A stretch of DNA of 64,000 nt from Trichoplax sp. H2 (lineage: Eukaryota), in contig NOWV01000101.1 of the NCBI GenBank assembly GCA_003344405.1, positions 124,001 to 188,000 of the forward strand, in the 5' to 3' direction. This document shows positions 13,131 to 24,730 of this stretch, piece by piece (within the stretch, counting starts at the first letter, position 1; each line of letters starts with the position of its first letter). Position numbers and translations under genes: made by a program. The notes under the pieces are model-generated. The model was not told the DNA's origin. It was given only the letters and a program-made list of their open reading frames with translations, and did not search any database.

Positions 13131-14269
13131 ATTAGATCTTAATTGTGTCATTTGTGAACTACCGGCTATTAGGCTGTAGCAAAGTAAATTCATTCCTTAA
13201 AATCTTGCAAAAGTAGTAGATATTTTGTGATTGTAATGCAAAATTCTATGCTGTAGTACTGGCTATGACTAAAATAAAGCTACCCGTATTTCTTTATTTA
13301 TATATTCAGCGAGGCAATGTGTGAACTGTAACATGCAAACTCTAGAAATTTTACTTGCATGTGATGAAAAAAAGTTAATAACTATAATCTGGTGTAGTCG
13401 ATAATTACTTACAACAGTAACTCTGAATTAATAGAAACTTAGCTATTCCACACAATGAACGGTGACAATAATTCGCATACATTTAAAAATTCTACTTTTA
13501 GCACTTTAGTGATTTGGTAAAGCAAAGTAGGCTAATGATTACACATACTGTATTATGCATTGTGGATAGGGCTTAAGATGCAACTAAACACGCACACCTC
13601 TAAAATGAAATAAAAGTGATCTAGTAATGTGCTAAAAGTGTAGTTTGAACTTAAAAGGCTATTAGTTTCGTAAGCAAAAATGTCTCCTCGTTTTAATGCG
13701 CTTTTGATATTTAAACCAAATTTGCCTGTAGAATTTCAAGATGCAACTGAAAATATATACCTATAAAATGAAATAAAGTAAAGTAATTCGAATTTGAGCT
13801 ATTATCTTTGCAAAGGGAAACCTTCTCAGTTTTTAGTGCGCTTTTGACCTCGACGTCAAATTTGCTTATAATCCTGATAATGTCTTTACCGTAACATCGC
13901 ATGAAATGTTTGTGGAAATATAAAAACATACCCATCAAACAAAACGATTAATATTTATGAAAGTTAATATCTTATAACACAAAGAATTTCATCCTAAATT
14001 AATGATACGCTAGCTGCGCATCAGCAACACTGAGATTTTGGACTCTAGAAATTTTCTATCATTCGTTTAGTACATTAAATCGTTAAAATTACAGCTATGT
14101 ATGTGTATCCTTACGCAGTATGTTTAGCACAAGAAGCAAAGAAAAATTTTTTCGAACAAACAAATTTATTCGAGAATAGATTGGTATCCTATTATACAAT
14201 GTATCGCCGACAGGAAAAATATATATCAGCAGATTATAAACATACAGTCTTGATATATTTTATAATATT

Positions 14270-17090
14270 TTAAATACTGTTACTGCTTTCAATTTTAGCA
14301 ACGTCCAGCTTAATTTCCTCTTCTGCTAGGTAGTTGTCATGATCAGATGGTAATGGGGCATTTCGAAATTCTTTCTGGAAGTAGTTTAAGAGTGCTTCTT
14401 GGCATGCCTGCAACAAATAGGAGTACAGTATATCAATATCTAATAAAAGATTGTTGATAGTATTCTCAGGTCATAACATTCTCCGACTAAATGACCATAA
14501 GGTAGCATTGTATGCATTCTGCGTAGAAACTTACAGCACTTTTGGCTGCTTTGATAGATGGTCCAGCGCCTAAAATTTTTGGTAGTATTAAAACAGAATA
14601 ATTACTAGAGCGGTAGAAAAAAATACTACTGCGGATTGCAGATAGTCCATTTTATAGTATAAAATAAATTATACTATTAGAATCGATAATTGACATAAGT
14701 ACCGTACTTGGATAAAAAATTTAACTACAACAATACAGCAGTAACGTTTATGTACGTCTACGATGATTTTTATCTGATATCATATGCTAAACTACATTGC
14801 TTGAATAAAAATATTGACGCCTAGACAGTAAATGTTGCAAACCTTCTGATAAGAGTTTACTGCCACTAAAAGCACCTACGACATATGTAGGGAAATGTGT
14901 TGCTCGACCACTTTCTCTCAAAAGCCTGGTATAAGATGGTAGGTAATAAATTATGCAGCACAGTGACACGATTGTGTAATGTAATCGAAAAATCATCATT
15001 TGTTAATACTTTCACACCTTGCCTCCAAAGGCTGCATTCGTTGCATCTTCAGAATCGCTGTAAGCATAAAAATCGGGTGTTCAATTTTGATTATATCGCT
15101 GAATTCTCTTCCATACTGTTGGACTAAAATAAAATCTTGCACAAAAGAGCGGGCTTCAATGGGACCCTTTATAAAGAATGTATTAATTAACGAAAGAATT
15201 TTCAAAAGCTACATATGCTTTCGGTTATACAATATACACTAACCAGATCCATATAAATAGCTCCAACAATAGCACAGAACACGTCAGATATGATTCGAGT
15301 TTTGACAGGGTTATATAAAAGGATCTGTAATAGTCAATCCAAGAAATTACTAAGAAATAGGCTAACATTTACTACTTATTTATGAATACAAATTATAATA
15401 TAGACATGGATCGCCGCTGGTATAATGACCTATTAACTAGTATAAAAAAATTTCAGATCCAACAGTTACGATAGACTAACCTTACTGCGAATAAGGTCTG
15501 CGATACCTAAATAATGGGCTATGTTTACCATTCCATCACGATTCATAAAGAAATTGATCATATCACTAAAAGGTAAGGTATCAAGAAATTAGCACGGGAG
15601 AAACATTTTGTCAAGACTGCCAGATAGCAAAAAAAATCAAATCAAATTATAAATCAGAGATTATTTTAGCATCGGATTTCTATGCTTTTAAGTCATTAAA
15701 CCGGAATGTTAATGTAATGAGTAGTATCACATCGTACGACATTTCTATTCATTGAAATAGAGGTAATCGTACCTATTACAAATGATAAGATACTTACTAA
15801 ATATGTGATGATTTTAAATTGGGATAACGAACGTAAACATATTCCGTTACAAAGTGACGCATAGCATTGTAACCTAAATTGTGAGAGATACATTTAAGAG
15901 TGATATCGTTTATGCGCGATAAACAGCAGTTATGGACTCACAGGTCATTTCAATTGATTCATTAATAGGGATAGATTGCTAACAACAATTACTATGATAT
16001 ATCTGCAATGATATTGCACTCACCTAATATTGTAAGTCTATCATTACTTTGGTAGACGTCTTCTACAGATTTAAAATCTGCAACACCAGTTCCAGTATTG
16101 TAATCGTTGTCATCCATGTAATTAACATCATCATTTTGATGAAGGAAAGAGTGATGAGTTAATGCCATCCTAAGCCTGTCTTCAGATACATTTTGTTGGA
16201 TACGCTTCATGAAAGCGCTCAATTCTGCATCGTAATTCCTAATTAACAATTTAATTCAGCATCAGACTACAGTGGTTATTTACATGGATTTGTAACAGTA
16301 AACTTACAAAATTAATTTTTTGACGTAGCCTACTACCCATCTTATTAGATGCAGAAGAAATGACAGCTACAGTAAGCTACTACAGGTACTTGGTTAAATC
16401 ATTGATGTAACTTGTAAGTATACATTAGGTTAATTCTAATCTTTGCGTATGTTACTCAAGTGATGTGAAACATGTGTCGACAACGCTATTATTTCCGTTG
16501 TTATCCTATCTAAAATCAAGCAATTAAAATTGATAGAATAACTTGCATTTAATTTAGCTAGCTTACCAATTGGCATAAGCAGAACGAGGCTTAAATTTAT
16601 CTAGGTTATCACCAGAAGATTGATCGGAAGAGCTACGTTTTCTTGATCGTTTGTGAATGGGACGACTTGCTAATGACCTACATGGTACTGCTCATAAAAA
16701 TCATACACATCGTCAAGGTTAGTAGATAGTGATACTTGTCGTTACAGTCTACAATACAATACAGATACTCAGTCCACACTATAAATAGTCACTTCTTAAC
16801 ATCATAACAAACTGATTTTAGTGGCGCCATTCTACAGTAGTTGTCTTGCATGGCCTTGATTGTATGCAAGTTCATAAATCATTTGGCCATCATTAAGCAA
16901 GTTGAAGCGAGTCAGTTTACAATCATCTGTAGAGGTTTACCCGTATCTACTGATTACTAATCTACTCAGCCTTACCTTTATTTATTATATTTTGAAAGTT
17001 GTTATAATTTGCGGTGGAACCGAGCGATTTGCATGTTAATAATTGAACTGAACATCGACCGACTTGAATCAACTTGAAAATTCCAGCCAT
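14270..17090 (-). CDS. MRPL44: Mitochondrial ribosomal protein mL44 (RNase III-like plus dsRBD), multi-exon; 5' exons less certain
   Basis: Spliced KPRSAYANW|NYDAELSAFMKR, DVFCAIVGAIYMD, EHPIFMLTAIL and RLLRESGRATHFPTYVVGAFSGSKLLSEG|AGPSIKAAK. Presequence-like start MAGIFKLIQVGRCS at 17090. Confidence 0.88.
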
Positions 17091-18480
17091 ATTGGAAGTA
17101 GAGAGGCCTGGAAAAACACATGCAGTCTACAGTTGCCCGACCACCGTTGGAAGGATACAGTACAAACCGTACAGTCTGTACTGGACTATCTGTAACGTAC
17201 TGTACACTGTAGACTCTGAACAGGTGTGAGTACATGTGCTGCAGCGAGACTGGCAAAATAATATGGCGAAATTTATGCCATGCATTTTTTACATCATTAT
17301 CATTTTAATGGCTTTGAACACGTTTTAAATTCATTTAAAAAGTTTAAAAAATAGAAAAAGGTCTAAGCTATTGTCCGAAGTTTTTATATAGGAATTCAAG
17401 ACAGGTTTATTGCTGTTTTTTAAGTTTCCCTAACGCGAGCTCTGCCCATAGTAACGAACATTGCATTACCGTTACCATGTTACTTCTTGCAGTATGTTGA
17501 GAAGCAATTTTTAATTGTCATCACTTGTCCAAATACAGTAAATTCCTACGATAAGCTTTAGATAATTAATAATTCAGCCCCTCTTCAATCTATGTTGTCT
17601 CCTACTACAATTGCAGTCCAAGTATACAACAAGCATCCCTGGTTGCATATTGTTATGTGTTAACAAAGTGCAATACTATTCGATACACTAATATCGATGG
17701 TCACTGCATGCAGTTGTAGCTATAGCTGTAGTAGTGCAGAAATCATGGATTTCTCCCGGTAACGCCACGTTGTATGGTAAAAGACTGGAAGTACTGCTCA
17801 TCAATTGCACATTCTCTAGTGATTCATCACAGCTGCAGCAATATAGGAGTGCAATCTTCTTTATAGGCCAGCGTAATTGAGGAAGACTCTTTTTCGTTTT
17901 CTCTAGACTTTAGAGAATCTTTGAACTCAATCAGTCTTTACCAAAAATAGTGTCACTTATAGTGATGATTTCATGGTATAGCCATTTATTGTGCTGACGA
18001 CATCACTTTTGCTAATAATTTAAATTACCTATATGGCATACTGCAGTAGTATTCATATCTAGCAAAATGGATGTCGTAGAAACACCATAAGTGGGCGACT
18101 CTAAAGATGACATCATTTTTACACAGACGAATGAGACTACAGTACTGTATATCCACTATTCGTGTACAGAGTGTACAGAATGACAGAACCATTCCTGTCC
18201 GTTAAGTAGTGTATGGTGTAGGCTGATTGTTTATTGCTTTTAATATGACATTAGCCTGTCGGTGCAAAATCTCTATCAGCGTAGCCCTCCTCAGGGTGAC
18301 ATACGCTGGCAACGCTGCAAACGAAGGCTCGAGATCTTGCCGTTCCTGCAGCTTGTGCAAGCTTACATGAAATTTCTCTTTGCTTGTTACTTGGATTATT
18401 AGTTATTATTCTATCGAATTAATCTATTAGCCAGATAGGACAGCCTAGTTCAGTGTAAGCCTTGAAAGCATAACTCTATC

Positions 18481-19861
18481 ATGTTTCTAACTTTAGCTTT
18501 GTTAAGTCGTCGTTGGACGCCTGGTAAGCAATGGATTGGGTAAGTCTTTGCACACGGGTGCTTGTTCTACTTTTTCAATTACAGTAACTTATTTTAAAAG
18601 TCCAATGCAATCGTAGATACATTTTTAGACATTGCACCCACGCGGAATAAGAATGATGATGCGTACTGTTAAATAGTATTTATGTATTTGCTAATCATTA
18701 CGATCGCTTACATTATCTTATGCTTTGGATATTGTAGCAAACATCGAAGAATTCAAAAATTTAGTCAAAACAGGAAATTAAATAAAGGTCAAAGATCCGC
18801 TATTATGCGTAGAGTTGATTATCTTATTAGTAGGCCCTATTTAACAGTGGTAAGTATTCTGTTTTGAAGCTTGTATTCAATAGAGCATTTCCAAAGAATA
18901 AAACTACGGCAATTTTAGTCGCGATAGAAAATTTTAAAACTTTATAAAGTTGTCATCGATATCGATCGAACACACAAATGATTCAGAAAATTAGTAGTTT
19001 ATTCGATAGGCTATCGATACTGTTGTCCTTTTGAATACAGTTACTATTTACCTAGTTGATACTATTTAATAGCGAATCCAAAAACATACCTGTGCAGACT
19101 AAAGCTATCAGTTTACTCGATAGCTTGTAGATACTGCTGTATTGCGAGGGTAGTTACTATCTGCAATGGTTTATGCAATACTGTATACTAAATGTAAAAG
19201 AATATGTCGGTGTGTACGGTGTGGACTAAAACCATTACTTTTCTCGATAGACTAGAAGTACCGTTGTCATCTTGAGTGTAGTTGCTATACACGAAGTTTA
19301 TACTGTTTGATACTGAACGCAAAAACATGTCTGTGTCTATCGATACTGAGCATAAGATTAAACCAGTAGATTAATTATTCGACTAACTATCGATACTGTT
19401 GTCATTTTCAGTTTAGTTATTCTATACAAAGTTGATACTCTTTGATACTGAGCGTAAGACTAAAACCATTAGTTTTCTCGATAGTCTATACAGTTAACTG
19501 TAGATACTACTGCCATTTAGAGTGCAGTTACTATACACGAAATTTTTACTCTCTGATACTAAATATATCTATGAAGCTTTATGCTAATATCTAGTCGGAG
19601 TACCTACAATTCCTTCAGTGAGGCATTGATACTAGTTTGTAACTGATACACTAATTTTAACCATAATTGCTCTAATATTGAATTTGGCACCTCTATAATT
19701 AATTAATATACTACTCATTGCAGGAAGAAGAGCTCGAATCAAGTTCAATCAGCAAGAACCAGTTTAGTTATGAAAAGATGATGAAGAAGAGAAAAAAATT
19801 CGTTACCTTCAAGTCTGGCTATGCTCATTTAAGTTTTTTAAATCACGGTCAAAAGTATTAA
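18481..19861 (+). CDS. MRPL57: Mitochondrial ribosomal protein mL63 (MRP63), 102 aa; exons 18481-18539, 18738-18849, 19724-19861
   Basis: Spliced [30 protein letters not shown]...LISRPYLTV|EEE...AHLSFLNHGQKY*. Matches recalled human [23 protein letters not shown]...LSMPYMTREQE. Canonical GT-AG sites in consistent phase. Confidence 0.9.
18985..19560. repeat. Degenerate tandem repeat, about five units of 100-135 bp, in MRPL57 intron 2
   Basis: Recurring core actaaaaccattagttttctcgatag..ctatcgatactgttgtcat..gtagttactatacacgaa at ~18990, 19098, 19225, 19358 and 19459. Confidence 0.7.
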
Positions 19862-21957
19862 ACATTAGAATTCAAATTATTACAAAGACTGTGCCTGTCT
19901 TCTCTCTCAACTATCAATACAAAATCTGTTGTTAAAAATAATACGAAAGATGTAAATGATAATGGTGAGGACGAGAACGGTCTATACCCAATCGAAGATA
20001 CCCCTCACTTCAATCAGGCTATCAGTACGTTTTATTGGAAACAGCAAGAATGACCAGCCATTCCTTTTACAATATTCTTACTGTTGTTATAGTAATTACA
20101 GACTACTACGATATGCTTGTTTCTGATTGTAAATAAAGTTACTCAGATCGACACTATCTTGTAAAGCTTTTCTAAAGATATTATACGCGCAGATAGATAA
20201 ATGCAGCGGTGGGTATGCGTATATATCTGATCGCTATTAAGCATAGCATTTAAAGATATAGTACATTTTTAGAAATACACTGTAGTAGACCGCAGCCTAA
20301 ATAAAACACTCAACTTTTTTATACATCATTGAATAAAACAGACATCCATAATATAGGACCACAAAATTCTAGTTCAAAAATATTAACGATTTGTATATGC
20401 TGCAAGACAGTATCAGTTATTGCTGAAGTATTATTGAATAAATTTCTGCAAGAGCAAAGGGATAATCATCACTTGATAACGTAACATCGAGATATGTACA
20501 TGAAAATTAATTAAAAGCAATATTTGATACCTTAGATGGTACGTGACTCCAACTATACGCGTACAGAAATTATGTTAACGAGTGTTTTATTCGGTTTATG
20601 ATATACAGAAGGTATCAAACAGATTAAGGATCTATTTATAGCTATTTTCGCATTAGCAAAGCAAAGACAGGTGCATTATTGGATCAATGCGAAGACAAAT
20701 GACCGGAAAGGTAGACAATATCCGGAGTAGTAAAGATTTTTAAAGCAATATACTGTATATATCTAACCTAGCAATATCGATTATGGAAAAAATCGATGTA
20801 TTAAAAATTAAAACAAATGCAATCTATCCTGCTGTATATTCTATTCAATTAAAACTTTCCCTAATCAGTTCTAACACGTATGTTAGAGCAAAGTGAGCTT
20901 AGTAGACTGTAAAGAAACCAATTATTAAAATAAATAAAGTAAAAGACTTACGTAAATTCAATAAACCTCTATTCGAATAAACAACAACATAGCTATAAAG
21001 CAATTAGAAAATTGCTACGATAAATTGAGGATTTACATCATTCCTAAGACCAACTCTAGATAAGGTGAAAACCTCAAAATATTGTAGCAGTATAGAGAGA
21101 AAAACAGTGCAAAAGACACGTCTCATATTATACATAATATTTTTCGAATAACTATAAACAACAGTAACTTAAGCGGAATATTTTAGCTAATTGCTGTTTA
21201 TCAATAGCAATAATATCATCCATGACAATAGTTTATAATATAAATCTGTCAATTTCTACTTGAAAGAGCTAGAATTATTGATTACTTTACGATTTAACGA
21301 TCTTTCCTTAAAAATACAAGATACAACGGGATTAAGAAGAAACTTTACATTCCATATCTATTAGCTATCGTCAAAGAAGCCGCCAACTATATTGCATATA
21401 TTAAATATCATTTACTGCCATACTTCTTGAATATGCACTATACACTTATAAAAGATTCATAAATTACTGACTATTTAATGAATTGAAACCCTCATTTTTC
21501 AATCGTAGAGATGCAAAGGCTACAAAGAAAAGTAAAACTTTTACATTATAATACGAATAAGCTATTACCGTCGAAAGCCATATTCTGCCTACTTTACATT
21601 CGTATATTATGTTATTTCACCTATTCTATTTACATATTATGATTTCCTGTTATTTACATCGAAAATCGTAGGTAAGATATAAAGAAAAGGTAACTTTCAT
21701 ATGCAAGTACGAATCGATTATTATTGTCGAATATTATTTCCACTCAATGAATATAATCTTATTATTTTATATTATTTTATACATTGTACGAGTTTTAACG
21801 CGCTATACGTAATTTCATGTCCAACTATTTTTATATGAAAAATCTCGAACTTATTAGCATTTGATAATTTTAGTTACATCTTGACTAAAAATGTGTTAAA
21901 TATGAGAGAATGTAGAAATAGGAATCTTCAATTCAATATGCATAAACTTACGTATCA

Positions 21958-22962
21958 CTATTTACTTCTGATACTTTCATGCACTTTACACCTTCGATTA
22001 CATTTCAAGAATTGTTTAAATTGTTCCTTAATATTTCTATCATAGGTTAAAAAAATTAAAGGATTAATAAAAGTTAACAGTAGAGTTAGCGGCACTGTAA
22101 TATTACTCAGAACGTAGACTGAGAAATGATATTGCTCCAACTGTCTTAGCGAAATTGTGGAGTAAGAGAGAACCATAGTTTTAATAAGATGTGGTAATTG
22201 ACATAAAAGAAAGACACTGGTAGTTAATACCAATACATGTATAAGATTGCGCTTTTGCCTCATTTCTAACTGTTTTCGCTGATTAGAAAGGCAACCAGGC
22301 CGGATACGCCGTAAAATATATTTAACAATTTTAGTATAATTATAAGCCATGAGTAGACATGGCAAAATAATGACCATAATGACGAAAAAGGTTAGGTAAT
22401 ATTGAACACCAGAATTGCGCTGGTAGATATCACAGAATACCGGAGCATCAATATAAGAATCGGTAAAAATTATATCGGGTATACAAACTAATAGGCCAAT
22501 AGACCAAATAGATGCAATAACTATAGCCATAAATTTCCTATTGGTAAATCGAGATTGGTAATTAAACCATGTTGATGAGACGATAACATCATAACGTTCA
22601 CAACTAATAACAGCTAGGGTTAAATTACATACACTTGAAAATGTATCACTAATATAAAATGATAATTTACACATTAATGAACCACTTTGATAACTGAGTT
22701 TCGTACCAGGTGGTGTAAAAGCTAAAAAAGTTAATCCAGCTGGATAGACGAAGGAAAAAAGACAGCTTGCAAAGGATAAGTTCCAAACTAGTATGTAAAC
22801 CGCTTTATGTAATTTTTTCTTCATGGTAATGATATGAAGTAAAATTATATTCAAAATCAGGCCTAAAATAGAGCTTGGAAGGCCGACAGCAACCGTTATC
22901 GATATTGGAACAATACTACTAACATTAGTGTTACTTAGATTTACTGTTAATGACAAATTCAT
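21958..22962 (-). CDS. Intronless rhodopsin-like (class A) GPCR, 334 aa
   Basis: Seven hydrophobic segments, N-terminal N-glycosylation sequons, TM3 Cys, CERY, LCQLP and NPLIF motifs. Confidence 0.93.
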   Translation of the reverse strand: MNLSLTVNLSNTNVSSIVPISITVAVGLPSSILGLILNIILLHIITMKKKLHKAVYILVWNLSFASCLFSFVYPAGLTFLAFTPPGTKLSYQSGSLMCKLSFYISDTFSSVCNLTLAVISCERYDVIVSSTWFNYQSRFTNRKFMAIVIASIWSIGLLVCIPDIIFTDSYIDAPVFCDIYQRNSGVQYYLTFFVIMVIILPCLLMAYNYTKIVKYILRRIRPGCLSNQRKQLEMRQKRNLIHVLVLTTSVFLLCQLPHLIKTMVLSYSTISLRQLEQYHFSVYVLSNITVPLTLLLTFINPLIFLTYDRNIKEQFKQFLKCNRRCKVHESIRSK

Positions 22963-24433
22963 CTTTAAGCTTCAAGTTACTAGATGTCGTGATCGCCAAG
23001 TTAAATAACTGCTCGATAACTTAATCTTAAAGACGAGTATTAAGCTTTGGTAATTGCTCAGGCTGTAATTAGAATTGAAAATTAATTTCGAGACTATTAG
23101 CTCCGATGAAAAACACGGTCAATTAAATTTGGAAAAATCAAATCTATACCTTCGACGATAGAATAAGTAAGATTCAAAAGATTGAGAAAAAATTTCCTCA
23201 GAATGATGCGCTAAGGATCAGAATGGAAGGCTGAAAATTTAGTTAAAATCTCTTTCTACATACATTGGGATAAATGTCCTTAATAAGCAATAAATTGAAA
23301 ACTATTCAATGTTGAGATCTTTAGAATAAATAGCAGAGATCTGAAAACGTAGGATGGTGGTCAATGATAAAGCAAAGTAGAAGAGTTTCCAGAAAGAGAT
23401 CGAGAATTCTCCGTATAGCTTCAAGCTGATTTTTATACCCAACAAGTTCAGAAACTGAGCATATCAACTCTCACTATTCGTTTCTAAATACTCTCTACTA
23501 TACAGTAGTTCTAAATAATGCAATGGTATCTGTTATATATGAAAAGAATTAATCCTTCTAACAGATAATGAATGAAAGAGATTCAGTATTGTATAAATTT
23601 GCTCATGCAATAGCAGGACGTGCCAGGAAAACCTAATTGCCAGAGAGTAGATGGTAATCTAATACGAGTTAGCTTGAGGGCTTTAATGGCGATTTAAAGC
23701 TAAGTAACATCAAAATAGTCCAAAGCTTCTCGTAATTTCTTTCACTATATTTTTTATAATATAGGAGAATATCTATATAAGAGGTAACTATTCGTGTCCG
23801 AAAAAAATATTTAGGGCGCTAAAGGCTTGAATGAAATTAAATACCAAATTGATAGAGAGTAAATAATTTTTACTTACACTAATGATTTAATGAGGATATA
23901 GGAATTAGACGAAGTTAAATGACTAAAAGTTTAACCTAATCCGTCTTAAATTTGTAACACAATTATTGCTATAAGAAGTAATTTTTAACTTTAGGTAAAT
24001 ATTAATAATTTTAAGGTTAAACTGAAACCAAGCACGTAGGTGAGTAGACAGATACCAATCAATTCTTCCTCAACTTAATGGCCGTAATAGTCATATTATT
24101 ATCGGGGCAAAATCAGGTAATTCAAGGATTTCTATTCCTCTTTATAATATCATTAAAAACAAATTGTAGTTTAAAGAAATAATTTTCAATTTTACGCGGA
24201 TATCCAAGGGACTCAATGATAGAAAGGCCTTAAATATCCATCGATAAGAAGGCGATTAATTCTTACTTAGCTTAAAAGCTCCAAAGATAATATAAGATGT
24301 GGGACAAAGTGATTTAAATTTCAGTCTACTTATTCCCAATATTGTTTTGATGCGAACTTGTCGTTGTAATAAGTAATTTTCAGCTGTAGATAGTGATCAG
24401 TAGGCCCTTAAAGCTGTAGTGAAATGAGATCGC

Positions 24434-24730
24434 CTAATCGAGTAGCATCGATATCGTAATAGTCAATTCTTTCTCGGTTTGTAGGCTTTCAAAGAATGTG
24501 ATAACCCGATCAATTCTTTCTCGATTTGCAAGTCTGAATGAAATGAAACAACCTGATCGAGTAAGTGCCGTAATAAATGATTCTTTCTTGTTTTGAAAAT
24601 TAAAGGAAGGAGATAACCTCTTCGAGTAGATATGGTAATAATCAATTCTTCCTGGGTTTGAAGACTTTAATGAAATGGGATAACTTAGTCGAGTAGATAT
24701 CGAGATTGTCAATTCTGGCTCAGCTCGCAG
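24434..24730. repeat. Degenerate ~65-bp tandem repeat, 4-5 units, intergenic
   Basis: Recurring tcaattctttctcggtttg...aatg..ataac...tcgagtagatat.gtaat. Confidence 0.6.

Noticed and set aside
17960-18008. GTGATGA...CTGA, a possible C/D snoRNA
   Set aside because: The boxes are only ~25 nt apart with no recognisable guide or C'/D' boxes.
18545-18576. CACACGGGTGCTT..TTTTT resembling the RNase MRP 3' end
   Set aside because: No matching upstream P4 strand; it lies just inside MRPL57 intron 1.
18682-18867. ORF with an apparent signal peptide and dibasic sites (neuropeptide-like)
   Set aside because: The hydrophobic start is intron sequence; the remainder is MRPL57 exon 2.
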